NCBI GenBank assembly: GCA_000697335.1
Contig: JNEM01010509.1
Location: forward strand, 1-43,072
From: Conidiobolus incongruus B7586
Lineage: Eukaryota
Reading direction: 5' to 3'
DNA: 43,072 nt
Part shown: positions 1 to 12,957 of the stretch, piece by piece
How positions within the stretch are numbered: the first letter of the stretch is position 1
How the letters are laid out: the number at the start of each line of letters is the position of its first letter
Notes under the pieces: generated by a model
What the model saw: only the letters and a program-made list of their open reading frames with translations
What the model was told of the DNA's origin: nothing
The model's database searches: none
Made by a program: the position numbers and the translations under genes

Positions 1-3000
1 TCTGCATCCAATAGTGCCACAGCCTCGTAGACTACTCGTGACATTTGGTCGTCAACTGGAAAGAATGTGGGATCAATCGTCATGCAGTAAGTCAAGCAGT
101 CAATAATGCCAATTTGAGCGCTAATAAAAATCTGGCGAATTGGCTTAGAAAATATGTGATTGGATAAGATACCCTTGCAAGATGAGAGCAATGCTTGAGG
201 CGCTTGTTCGGTTAGTTCACTGAGTAGCTTGAAGCAGGATTGAGCGACTTCGCGAACTGCTTTGATAGGACTGGCTAATTCTGTGCACATCAGGGTCGAG
301 ATTTTGTTCAAATCAGCTGTGATTTTATTGTCGGTCCCTGATGGTGCTTCTGAGTGGCATAATTTGATAATATCTAAAATCAAAGAAGATGTTCGAGGGA
401 AATCTTGGATATAGAGATCTTTACTGGATCCTTTGATAACAGATAGAAGCGCCGTAATAAACCCATTTTCATGGCACAATAACCATTCTCTATTGAATTT
501 AAATTCGTTAATTATGCATTGAATACCTTTTTGCCCACCATCAGCAATTGGCTTGAAGGTATCAAAACAGAGGGAAGAGAATTTTAATCCAAATGAATGA
601 AATACAGGGAAGTAATTCAACCAATAGGCATTGCCACAAATTATAGTGCACTGCTTGTAAAATTCTTTCAAAATTTCTGTGGACGCATCAATTACGATAG
701 ATACATCCGAACTAATCGCATTTGAGATGGCTAGAATAAAAACATCAGTAGTTACATTTGATTGATCGTTAATCAAAAATGAAGAGTCGATTGAGTTGAA
801 ATTAATCGCCTCGAAACAAGACAATATAGAGAAAAATGAGATCAAACTTGACGTGAGCTCTTGAGCTTGTTGTTTAAGTTCTGGTATTGCCCAGGCGTAA
901 AATATAGACTCAATGAATTTAACGAGAGTTTTGTTTTGTGCATTAAGCTCAGTTTCACTATAATATTTTGGAATTGGGATATCTAAATTGGACTTGTTTT
1001 CAGTAGCAGATATTATGGTGGGCTGAGGATAGGAAATTTTCGCTGTTTCAGCACTTAGGTGGCTGAAATGCTGATGTAGAGCGCTTTGTAATGAAGCAAT
1101 TTTTTCAGAAGAAAGTTTTTCATATTTAATCAAAACTGAAAGAGATTTTCGAATAAAATTGAAACCATGTGTCTTGTAATTGATTGCACATTTGGGATCC
1201 TTGATGGATTGATAAGCTAATTCAGATACTGAGTTGAGATTTAGTGAGTGCGTTTGGGGTGTTCCTTCAAACTGTAATAGCACTGAATAAGATGGCTGGA
1301 GTTCAAATTCTTTTTCACTGTTCACTTGGTTTTTTAAATGGATTTTGCTTTTGCCTCCCAGTTTTCCTAGGAAACCTATTGCGAGTTGTGATAATTGACG
1401 ATGGTTAGGGTATCTGTGAATAATCTTGCATATAGGGTCAATTAAAGTATCAGTAAGGGGCCAAAAGTATTCTTCAGTTTTTTGGTCAATAACTTGATCG
1501 GTGCATAGCTTGAATAGCTTAATAGCTTGCTCAACGAGAGGAGGCTTGGATTCAAGAGCAAGAGTCAGTGGCTTAACGAAAAAAGGAAAGTTTAAAAATA
1601 CATACTGAGGACGAAGTGGCGTAATCATTATGATTTCTACAATTGATTCTCGAATATGACTGTCAACGCAATTAGAGAGCATAGCAGAAAACTCCTCAAT
1701 CATGGGGATAAACACAGCAGTCATATCTTCGAAAGAAACCTCAGAGCTTTTTAAATGAGCATTTTGAAGTAAACATCTCAATAAGAGCAAATATATTGAT
1801 GAAATTTGAAGCTGAAGGGTTTTTTGAGAACAAATACGAATAAATTTTACCATATGTTTCTTAATTATCACTTGATGTGATTCGGGAAACTTTGCAAAAG
1901 AATCAAAAATCAATTTAAACAACCTTGAGATGACTACAATATTCACGGGATCCATTTCATGTAGTTCCTCAAGTTTTTCCATTAAAAAAGACATTAGCGA
2001 ATCAGCAAAAGGTTGACTTAGTGGCTCGTGAAACAATATATATTCCGCTAAATAGCACATATGAGGGAATGATATGAATTGATCAATTAAAATTTTCATT
2101 TGCGAATTGAACAGTTCATGAATCAAGGGAATATCATTGAAGTAAAGGAGTTTGGCAAATCGCTCTAAAATCTCTCTTTCTTCGTTTGATAGAGTGCTAT
2201 TCTCCCAAGGAAAGCTATTCAAAATATTTGATCCGGGTTCTTTCAAATTCAAATGGTTAAGGTTATAATAATTGAAGCATCTTAATCCCTCTTTAAATAT
2301 TCTTATGAACAAATCCATTTCCTCTGGAGTTGCTCCCATTAAAGCACGAGGAGCTGTTGCAGTGCCTGTATTAACCATTAGTGGACATTGTTTTAAGTTG
2401 GCTAATAACGATTCTAATCCAAGGATAATTTGTTTAAATAAGAATCTAGCATCTTTGACGACGTCATCAATATGAATTTGCACAGATGACGATCTAAACG
2501 TTTGTCTAAGTTTGTCAAAATCAAGATCTTCAATATTTTCAGGAGTTAAGTCAGTTATTGGAGGGGCAAGGTTGACAATGATGCCTTTTTTCATAATCAA
2601 ATATTGCTTATGAGCAGTAGAATATAAAATATTTAAAGTTTCCATTTTGCTACAAAGGGTGTCCATAATTTTCAATATCAAATTACGTGCTAAATTCTAT
2701 GTCAATTATATATCAATTTGAGGTATAATGCTAATTACCTTGATCCTTATTAGGGATCCTTACGACACCATAAGCGATGTTAGATAATAATTTTGCACAC
2801 ATTGTTTGGATACCAGAAAAATGCATTGGATCATGGAAAATAGTTGAAAATAATGTTACTGCTTTAAACAACTGATCAGGTTGTAAGTCATTACGGATGT
2901 GGTGTATAAGATCTGCGAGCATACTAACTACTACAGGTCTTTATGCCAATTAGTAATATGCTTGATCGATTATTATATAATTCTTACCTCAAGGTTTCGT

Positions 3001-4403
3001 GTGAAGTAACACCATTTCCATAGAAAGTTCTTTCGTCTAATAAAGTATTTAAATGAGGAATTAAATATGCTCTCATATCAGTCTGAACAAAATGCTTGAC
3101 AGCCATCAATAGATCCTATTTAAAGATATTAGGCACTGATAAGCTGCTGAATGAATTGCTATACCTTTCTAGTTGATGTAGCATCGGTTGGACAATCATA
3201 AAGAAGTCTAATGATGTTTTCAGCAATAACTGGAGCATATTTCTGAGTTTGAACTGGGTGAGTCCTTAAGAAAAATGCCAAAAGTGACAATATCTATAAA
3301 ATAATATTATATTATATTTTTATGATATAATCCATTGAATTTATTTACTCTTGATTGCGCATTGAAAAACTCGGAATATAATAATTTATTCTTGATTAAT
3401 GGAGTCATTCCAAAAAGAATTTGGTTATTTTTTTGAGCAGCAGCTCTTGCCTGGAGTTGTGGCTGGGGTTGGGTCTGAAGAATCTAATATTCAATAGATT
3501 AAAAAATGTTAAAAATAATATATATATAAGAATTACCTCAATAATAACGGGACATAGTTTTAGTACGCTGTCATCCAAGTTACCATAATTTTGCATTAAC
3601 ATAACAAAAAAAACAGGTATTTCAGCCATGACTTGAAAACTAAACATACTTGGAGCTAATCTTTTAACAGGAGTTTCTGGGATTTCTCCAACTGGAGAAA
3701 TGGCAGATGGAGATATAATATTGGGATGTGTATTCTAACATATAAAATTCAGTAAATGAACAAAAATTAACAAAATAAAATATTTACCGCATCAGTCCCA
3801 GTATCAACTTTGTCAAACGAATCAACCACGCTTTGTTTAAAATTTTGAAATATTTGATAAACCAAATCGTAAAATGGTTGAACATATTTGATCATTTCAA
3901 CTTTAAACATTCTGAATAATTCGTTTAAAATTTTTAAACAAATCACTGCATTATCTTCGTTATCCGTTTTTAAAATCTCGAGACAAAGTTTAGCTAATTC
4001 ATCGCAGTGCTTTCTAGTAGTGTCATTTAAAGGGAATCGATGTAAAACTTCAAGAGTATAATTTCGTAATTTCTAATTAGATCAAGATTAAAAAAGAGAA
4101 ATATAATAATAATAATAATAATCATGTACTAATTGAGGTCCATTAATTGAAAATTCAGGTTTAGTGTTAGATAATATTTGTGTAAATACGGGGATTAAAT
4201 AAGAAGAAAATCTAGCAGATTCCGTGGAATTAAATATTTCAGGAGAGTCTCTTAATTCGACAAGAACAGCTTCTTTAACTTGAATACCTAAAAAATATAA
4301 TTAATATAATAATATTAATATATAGGTACTGGAATGTACTAAGATTGGGATCTGATAATCTGTTAGCATATAACTCTGCACTCAATATTGTGTTGTTCGG
4401 CAT
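1..4403 (-). CDS. TRA1: TRA1/TRRAP-like PIKK pseudokinase (SAGA/NuA4 subunit), 5' portion; gene continues off the left edge
   Basis: ATG at 4403. Spliced exons 4403-4340, 4287-4130, 4072-3788, 3734-3537, ~3483-3349, ~3293-3165, ~3115-2988, ~2938-2739, 2689-<1, with GT-AG introns of ~50-60 nt. The translation includes KLRNYTLEVLHRFPLND, LKTDNEDNAVICLKIL, SFQVMAEIPV, SMLADLIHHIR, IQTMCAKLL and ARNLILKIMD, matching the conserved N-terminal HEAT region of Tra1/TRRAP. ORF-track hits 3405-3647 and 2731-2922 are exon fragments. Confidence 0.88.
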
Positions 4404-4514
4404 TTTTATAGTAATTTCATTAAATTCGGTTTGATGTTTTGTTTTTGAGTGATAATTAATTTGTATAAAATTGGTATTAAATTTTATTAAAAATATATAT
4501 AATGACGAAATTAG

Positions 4515-4533
4515 TCATGTGAAAATCATGTGA
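4515..4533. promoter_or_regulatory. Tandem TCATGTGA (E-box variant) pair upstream of TRA1
   Basis: TCATGTGA at 4515-4522 and 4526-4533, ~110-130 nt upstream of the TRA1 ATG, in very AT-rich DNA. Function is inferred only. Confidence 0.3.
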
Positions 4534-4902
4534 TATTTTTCTCTGTCCTTCCTATTAATTGGATTATTTGGTTTAATTTTTTTTGCAGTATATAATTTTA
4601 ATTTTGTATGAAATATTTGTGATTATTTGATATAGGAATTTAATCTGAATATATTAAAAAAATCATTATTCTCCAATAATTATTATATAACTTAATATTG
4701 TAAAATATGAATTAAAATTCAAATTTAGTTAATTATATTATATAATGCTATATCAAAATAAAAATTAAATCATAAAATGAAATTTTAATACCTAAATGAC
4801 TATTAAAGAAATTTAAACCAGCTTGATAGTAATTTTGTCCCATAATTTTAAATATTCTCTATAAATATTTACAACAAATTGAAATCTAGATTATATAAAC
4901 TT

Positions 4903-5833
4903 GTGCTTAATAAGAATTACCTAAATATTTATTGTTTTTCTTCATCATTATTCTCAATATACGAACTTATTTAAGTGCAAGCATCAACAAGTATAAATAT
5001 TATGAACATATTGATTCTGATAATTTGAAATATATTGATCCCGTTAAAGCACCACAAACTCCTAATGAAAAATTTAATCCCAAAGATTTTTTGATAATTC
5101 CTGATTTTATCACCAAAGAAGAAGAGAGGAGCTTTTAGTTGAAAAACCCAACTTCAAACTTAGAAGAATAAGACATTATGAAGATAGTCATTTTGATGGG
5201 GTAATTCAAAATTACAAAGAGATTGCTGTTCCCGATTGGACCCCTTTTCAAGAGGAAGTCAATCCCATTCTCGAACGTGTTAGGTCTTTAATCCAAGATA
5301 AATCAATTCACTGGCTACATACTCATATCTTAGGTATATTTTTGACTTTACTACTTGAGAATTTTTCTAATTTCTTTCACAGATTTGGATAGTAAAGGTG
5401 GCATAGATCCCCATGTAGATAATATCCAGGTATATAAACATTTAAGTTTTTGTGTTTTATATTAATAGCCTATAAGCATCTGGCGACTATATAATAGGAC
5501 TTTGCTTGTTATCAGATTCTGTAATCGTATTTAAGAGTGAAGACTATCATTTTGAAGTATTATGCAATGCTAGAAGCATATATTTACAAAGGTTAGACCA
5601 ACCAATTAGACAACAATTAAATTTCTAATTTATCAACAATATTCAATAGAAACACTATTCGATATAACTTCACTCATGCTATTCCTTCTCTACCCAAAGA
5701 TCACCAGTTCAAAGGTCAAGTGATTGAAAAGAAACGTAGAATTAGTTGGATGCTCAGGGTATTTTCTGTATATCATTGATTTATTTATATAATTAAACCT
5801 AAATATTAGGATATGAAACCTCTTCATCAATAA
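4903..5833 (+). pseudogene. ALKBH7: ALKBH7-like Fe(II)/2-oxoglutarate dioxygenase, apparently disrupted
   Basis: Pieces translate to IIPDFITKEEE / RHYEDSHFDGVIQNYKE / HTHILDLDSKGGIDPHVDNIQ / ASGDYIIGLCLLSDSV / SIYLQRNTIRYNFTHAIP / KRRISWMLRD, i.e. the HxD...H...R AlkB motifs of the ALKBH7 type; stop at 5831-5833. Lesions: no in-frame ATG in the first exon, a frameshift near 5124-5129, and AA instead of AG at the required intron-2 acceptor (5474-5475). The start coordinate is approximate. Confidence 0.75.
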
Positions 5834-6215
5834 CTTAAACCAAGTCAAATGAATATTTATTTTTCAATTTAACAAATCAATTCTCAAAAATAAAAAATTT
5901 AATATAAATAGTATCAAATCATTTGAAATATTAATCGATTTGAGCTAGTTAAAATAATACAATAATGTATATCATCATTTTAATTGATAATTCAAACAGA
6001 TAATTTAAAATTTATTATTAAATCATTCAACGCCATTTTAATATTTTTAAACTTGTATATTTATAAATCATTAAATAATAATACTTTTATACATGAAATT
6101 AAATATTAAAGAATATTTTTAATATAAAATAAAATTTTCCATCAAAATTGATTAGTAAAATTTATTAGTGAATTAAATAAAATTTTCATTCTTAGGTTCT
6201 ATTATTTTAACCAAA

Positions 6216-7355
6216 TTAATTAGATAAACTGTTGCGGCGATCAATTGAGCTGTCATTAGGTTGTGGATCTTGTATAGTAATTGCATTAAATTTAGGCAGC
6301 ATACTCCCATCAATAACCCTGTTTAACTTGCTTTGATTTGCTAAGCTTTCCAAAGCCTCCGGTAGATTGGTATATGAAAGATTAGGATAAGGCTGAGTCT
6401 GGTTCATTTGAATCTTTTGCTCAATTATCGATGAATTCTCTTCGCAATCCTCCTCAATAAAATCTTCTTCAGAGCTGTATACGGCAGGGATGCTCTCTTG
6501 CCATTTTCTTATTGCTCTCCAATCCTGTAGATCGTCATTGGATTCGATAGTTGCCAAATTCTCGGATGTAGTGGAACCTGTTTCATCAGCTGAATCATGA
6601 ATTTCTTCAATGTCATCATTTATACTGCTTCCATCGAAGCTGGAATCAAACTCACTACTGTCCTCATCAATACTACATATTGGTAGGTTACTATCATAAT
6701 GAAGGGGAGGTGTAGGCATCAATTGATCCTGGTTATCAAAGAACCTGGCAGCAGATTCTGGATCGATGCCGCACTCTTGAGAGAGCCGATGACGAATAGA
6801 ATCGGTGCATCCTACATTCACCAATTCGTTATGCAGCTTGCCATCTAACAGATCTACTAGCTCAAACCATTGCTTAAAAGTGACTGTTAAGCCAAAATTC
6901 AAGAAATAGATTAACTCAAACTCCATCCTATTCACCTCTTCGAGATGGAATATCCCATTGCTAACCTCGGCCCAAGTGTGATTATGATAAGCATCGTCGT
7001 ATAGATATTTATTAGCTACAATTAAGGCTGCTAAAAACAGTCGATGACCTGAGCCATGGGCACCTTTGCATGTTGGGTGCTTTTGCTTCAACCGTATTAG
7101 ATAGAGGATAGCAAGCACCACATTTGTAAAGCTTAACTGACATCGGTGGATAATCATCCAGCCAAAGTCGGCTAACGGTGGCAGCTGAGGCTGCTTCAAT
7201 TGAGTAGTTGTAGATTCATCTGTATTGGGACCACATTTGAATAAATTTTCAATAATCCTATCGGCCAAGTCCAAAAAATCAGCCAGCAGCTGCTGTCTAA
7301 CGGCCGATTTCAACTGAGTCTTTACATTACTATTCTTTTTATTGGATTCATCCAT
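6216..7355 (-). CDS. Pho85-type (Pcl/Pho80 family) cyclin with acidic low-complexity C-terminus
   Basis: Intronless 379-aa ORF. The cyclin box LAILYLIRLK...HRLFLAALIVANKYLYDDAYHNHTWAEVS...LEEVNRMEFELIYFLNFGL matches the Pcl1/Pcl5/Pho80 family. Confidence 0.88.
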   Translation of the reverse strand: MDESNKKNSNVKTQLKSAVRQQLLADFLDLADRIIENLFKCGPNTDESTTTQLKQPQLPPLADFGWMIIHRCQLSFTNVVLAILYLIRLKQKHPTCKGAHGSGHRLFLAALIVANKYLYDDAYHNHTWAEVSNGIFHLEEVNRMEFELIYFLNFGLTVTFKQWFELVDLLDGKLHNELVNVGCTDSIRHRLSQECGIDPESAARFFDNQDQLMPTPPLHYDSNLPICSIDEDSSEFDSSFDGSSINDDIEEIHDSADETGSTTSENLATIESNDDLQDWRAIRKWQESIPAVYSSEEDFIEEDCEENSSIIEQKIQMNQTQPYPNLSYTNLPEALESLANQSKLNRVIDGSMLPKFNAITIQDPQPNDSSIDRRNSLSN

Positions 7356-10300
7356 AATGCTTCAATAAAACAAGAATTAAATAAAACAAGCCATATAATA
7401 AAAAAAAGAGAGAAAAGAAAATTAAGATGTGAATGAGCTACGAATAGATTATATATATGACGCTGCAATTGAATTAAAGTTGTTAGAAAATTAAACAGAT
7501 AAATGGGAAAATCTAACCAATATTGAATATTGATCTTATCCTAACCTTAAATACATTAAAAAAGTGTTTTATAACTGATTTATTAGCTATTTTTACTATG
7601 TTTAAATTCATTTTTTGTTGACTTATTGTTGTTATTTATTAAAAATTGCCGATTTAATACTCTAACAAATTGGGACTAAAAACTCACAAATCAATCAAAC
7701 AAATTTTATGATTGGTTCATGCCACCACTTGATGATATTTAAATAGTATGGGGTATTTAATCTTTATTAATGTGATTATTATGAAGTGTTCGCTCTATAT
7801 ATCCCCCACATTGTATCATTTTCAACCACATCACTCTCTTTTATATTAAATTTCCTTATTAGGATTAACATGACTGTATTAAATTTCCTTAAATATCCCA
7901 ACCTATCCTTAATGAAATTTCAAATTCATTTCAACATTATACTATATTTCATTTATTAACTTAAATTATTTAATTGTTGATGATTTCATAGCTATTGATT
8001 TATCACTATTATTAAGGTAGCTATTGGTAAAAAGGTATATTATTCATAATAATAACCTATTGTATCTTGATCAATAATTCAAATTCTATAATAACTTTCA
8101 ACTTGTACTAGATCAAAATTAATTTAATATAGTTTAGAGTATAATACTATTTGATTTGATCTGTTTTAATACTAAATGTAATGGTTATATTAATCCATAT
8201 TTTATGCGTTACCATATGAAAAATTTTTTAGTAAACATTGTTGGATTAATAGACACTATCCGAATGATAACACCATAACAAGCTTTATTTATTCAATAAC
8301 TTAACACCTTGATAAAACTATATATTGATTGGAATTCCAACAATTTTGTACTATATCATAATGAGAATTGTTATAAATTTATATAAATTTTTGAAAAAAC
8401 CTAATGAACATATCTATAAAATATTGTTTTGTTTCGTATATATAGTCATATGTATTCCACAAAATTCAATTTCAAATAAGTGAAATAATATATCAAGTAG
8501 TTCAGGAAAAATAATATTAATAATAATTGAAAATCTCAAAAATTCCATTGTTAATTAATCTCATAGAATATATTTAATTTGACCTAACCAATAATATAGT
8601 CATTTTGAATATGATGTATTGAGTAGTATTATATAAAGTATTATTTCGTGGATTTTTAATTTTCATTATTTCCTTTGATTATCCAAACATCAATTTCGCT
8701 GGAATATTAGTTCTCATATAGATGAATTAATTATGTTCATGTAATAATGAAAATCTGTTTAAATTTTTTATAATTAAATATAAATTAAAAATACTTGGTT
8801 AAATTTTGATTGTAAAAAATATATATGATAAAATTAATACATACCTCAAATTGCTCTTGTCAATAATATTAATCAAATACTAACTTTGAAACATTTAGAT
8901 AATTTATTTTTAATAATTAATTCAGCATTCACATGCACATTCACAAATACTCATTTATTAAATTTCTCATAGAATATTAATTTTAACTAGTTATATATAG
9001 TCAAGTTTGAAAATAATTTACAGTATATTTATAAGTCTAATTGTTGGGTTGAAAATTCTGTAATTGATTCAAATATAATGAATTTTGAAAAAATAATATA
9101 ATTTCAATTATAAAATTATAAAATAATATAATGAAAAATTAAAAATTCTGAGTAATAAATAGTCAAATCAAGTTTAATTCAATTTTAATAGAATATTATA
9201 TAAAATCTTTGAAAACTATAATGACTATTGATATTAGAAATATTGAGAAATAAATTACAGATATAATCAAATAATTATAATGTAAAATTAATAATTAATA
9301 AAAAGTTTGATTAGACTAAAATCAATGTGTTTTTGGAAGTTAATAGTAAATATATAAACCATATAAAAATGATGAATAAACATGGCTTGAAAATAAAAAA
9401 ATAAAACTTTATTATATTTGTGCCTCTGTCAATAATTTAACATTCACTTGTGAATAAAATAGAAATAAAATTATTGTAATTTGATTGGAGGATTAAATTT
9501 ACAGTAATTTTAGAGAGGAAATCAGTTATCAATACTAAAAATAAATCAAATACCAATACAATAACCTAAAGGGCCTTATAATTAGTAATGATTAATATAT
9601 TGAAACTTTTATTGTGATTTGAACTTCATCATATATGATATTCATTAAAAACAATATGCTTTAATTATTAATTTACTCCTTCAATTAATTAATGCCATCA
9701 ATTAAAAATGTTTTTGAATCAAGTACACTATGAATAAAAATATGTGAAATATAATAATATATAGTAAATATCCTACTGAGCTGCCGATATTTGAATTGGA
9801 TTAGTGATAAGTCTTATAGATTATGATAATATATAATGCGCTTAGTATGGCAACACTTTAATTTTTATAAATTGCAACATGATTCTCTCAATAAATTTTT
9901 GCACAATTGATCAAAGTACATAATTGTAATGATTATAATGTTTTGAAATGATGCATAATCATGGTATAATTTATATTAAAAAATAAATTTTGGAAAATTA
10001 AATATATTTAATGCAGTTTAAGATTATAAGAGTGATAAGTGGTAATATAAGCATAATATTCAAATGTATCTATTACATCAATATTATAAATTTATATATG
10101 TTATAATCCTCCAGTTATGCTCCTTATAGAAATTATATTTGAAATTAGATAATTTAATGTGGATCATAAATTTAATTAGAGTTGAAATACTACAAAAATT
10201 GAATGATTTTGCATCGATCTCCCAATATTATAAAATATATACTAATGTGTTGGTTAAAAAATAATCTCTTCTAACTGAAATAAAATATTATTGATACAAT

Positions 10301-10779
10301 AGCATTATTTAATTTTCAACAATACTTAACCTGACCATAATGATCATCAAAAGCCAAAACAATCAATTTACTTTTAATACAAAACAATTAAATCCAATTA
10401 GATTGAACAGTAAAATTTTAATTCAGGATGTTCCCAAATTATACAATCCTATTTATTAATATTCAAAATTGTTAAAATTGTATGGAAAAATTAATTATTA
10501 ATAATTGGATGTTTTATTAGTAAGAGCATAGAAATTTTTCTTAACTGGGTTTGATATATATGGAGAAAAACTATTAATAATATTTATTTGAATTACCTCT
10601 AAATAAGAAGTATATAAAAATTATTTTGATTATTTAGAATTGCTGAAAATTGTGGAGATATGAATTAATATTGAAATTAATTTGTCCCATTAATATTCTA
10701 GAAAAAAATAAATTATAAATTAGATTTTGAAAGTGGTCAATTGTTTAATAAACTCAATTAACATCAAAAATATATTAAA

Positions 10780-11265
10780 ATGACTCTTGTTAAACTTTTA
10801 TCCTCTGAAAACACTCCTTTTACTGTTGAAAAAGATGTTATTATTCGCAGTGTTCTAATTAAAAATATGCTAGAGGATATTGGTGACTCTGGAACTCCCA
10901 TTCCTTTACCTAATGTCACTGGTCCTATTTTGTCCAAAGTCATTGAATATTGTAATCACCATAGAAACGACCCCTTAGTTGTTGAAGATGATGCTAATGA
11001 CAATAAGTCAAAGTCCTCTGATGATATTGAACCTTGGGACCATCAATTCTGTAAAGTTGACCAAGGTACCTTATTTGAACTCATTTTAGCTGCTAACTAC
11101 TTGGATATTAAGCCTTTGTTGGAGCTTACCTGCAAAACAGTTGCCAATATGATTAAAGGTAAAACACCCGAAGAAATTCGTAAAACTTTTAACATTGAAA
11201 ACGACTTTACACCTGAAGAAGAAGAACAAATTCGTAAAGAAAACCAATGGTGTGAAGACCGTTAA
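10780..11265 (+). CDS. SKP1: SCF ubiquitin ligase adaptor Skp1, copy 1
   Basis: 161 aa, intronless; [82 protein letters not shown]. Confidence 0.97.
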   Translation: MTLVKLLSSENTPFTVEKDVIIRSVLIKNMLEDIGDSGTPIPLPNVTGPILSKVIEYCNHHRNDPLVVEDDANDNKSKSSDDIEPWDHQFCKVDQGTLFELILAANYLDIKPLLELTCKTVANMIKGKTPEEIRKTFNIENDFTPEEEEQIRKENQWCEDR

Positions 11266-12957
11266 GCCTTTGTAAATCATATATATTTATATTAAGTTTG
11301 CTAATGTTTTACTATTAAATTCATCATTATTATTATTCGCAAATATAATTTTATACTTTCAATATGAATATTGATAAGTATATATATATTCCCTTGTATT
11401 GAAAAGGGTCGAATTATTATATAGCGTTGATTTTTTCAATCTTTTTATTTTAATACGTAGTATATAATCATATAAGCTACAGTATTATATACATAATCAA
11501 GCTTTCGGAGTTTACTTATAATATATATTTGTTTACTAATAATTTGGTTTGATTTTCTAATACTTTAATATATTTGAATAGATGGAATCAACAATTTGTT
11601 AATATATGGAAATACCTTAATTAAAATTACAAAAATTAATGAGGTATCATTGATTTTGGTGGATTCTACTTCAGGGTTAGTTATGTATTCAGTGTCAGAT
11701 AAATTTTCAAAAGTTCTAACACCCTTTTTTAATACTAACTTAAAAATGGTTTAATTTTAATATCATCAATAATTTTTTGAACTATATTTAACTGTAAGTT
11801 TCTCAGAAAATAATTCAAGTTTACTATTCATGTGAAATTTGTATTTAAAATGAACTGTATCTGATCAAGATATTATTTAATTCAATTTATGAATAAAAGT
11901 AATGCATAAATAGCTAATAAAAACATGGAGTTAAAGTAGAATTTTTAAAAAATACGGTTTTACTAGAAATTTAGTTTTAGAATTTTTCAATTACACACTA
12001 CAATGGTATGTAAATCACTTTTGCAATTTTATCTATAATTAATGTTATAATTATTATATTGTTTTTCTTAATTGGATATCAAAAATTCTATTCAAACATA
12101 TAATATAATAAAGCGATTTTAATATATGTATATATATATGGCGGTTAATACCTTTAATATTTATATTTATTATCAAAATGTAGTATAACAAATATTTAAA
12201 AATTTAAATTAAATTTTAATCATTTAAAAGAAATTTCAATATTTACATAAAGTTTAAAACTGATATTAAATATAAATTTCAAAATCTTTCACATTATCCA
12301 CTATTAATTATTTTTAATAAAATAATGTATTAAATGTTTTTTTAACAATATCAATTGTTCAATATTATAATAGATGATTATATAATTATAAGTTTTTTAA
12401 TTATCTATAATTATTCAAAATAAGTAATGCTCTTCCTTATATAAACTCAATTTTAAATAGGTAATATAATTTTGATCAAAAATAATATACTTTGAATTTT
12501 ATATCCAAGATTTATATTATTATATTATCATTCAATTGTTGCTTAGATTATTTTGTCAATGATATAGTTTAAAAGTAACATTAGACAATGATTTGGTTAT
12601 GTTTTATTATTATTAATTGATTGTATTAATTTTTGTTATTCTCTAATATTAATTATACTTAAGTATTAAATATATTTGTGATCTCAAAAGCTTAAAATAA
12701 AACTATAACACTTGTGCTTATTAAAATTACTAAGAATTAGAATTTGATTTATAATGATATGGACTGTTAATTCAATATATTTGAAATCAATGGGAAGTAA
12801 AAATGTAAATTCCTTTTGTGGGAACTTTGTATTTGAAATAATTAATAAAGAAATTTGGAAATCCCATAATGATTAGATTGATGATTCCAATATAAAAGAA
12901 ATTTGGGTTTCAAGTTAAATTCATATTAGGTTCAATTTTATATAAAAATATATTAAA

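Noticed and set aside
2272..2475. 67-aa plus-strand ORF
   Set aside because: Antisense to the long TRA1 exon.
5118..5138. Programmed -1 ribosomal frameshift in ALKBH7
   Set aside because: No X XXY YYZ slippery heptamer or obvious downstream structure, and two other lesions point to decay or sequence error.
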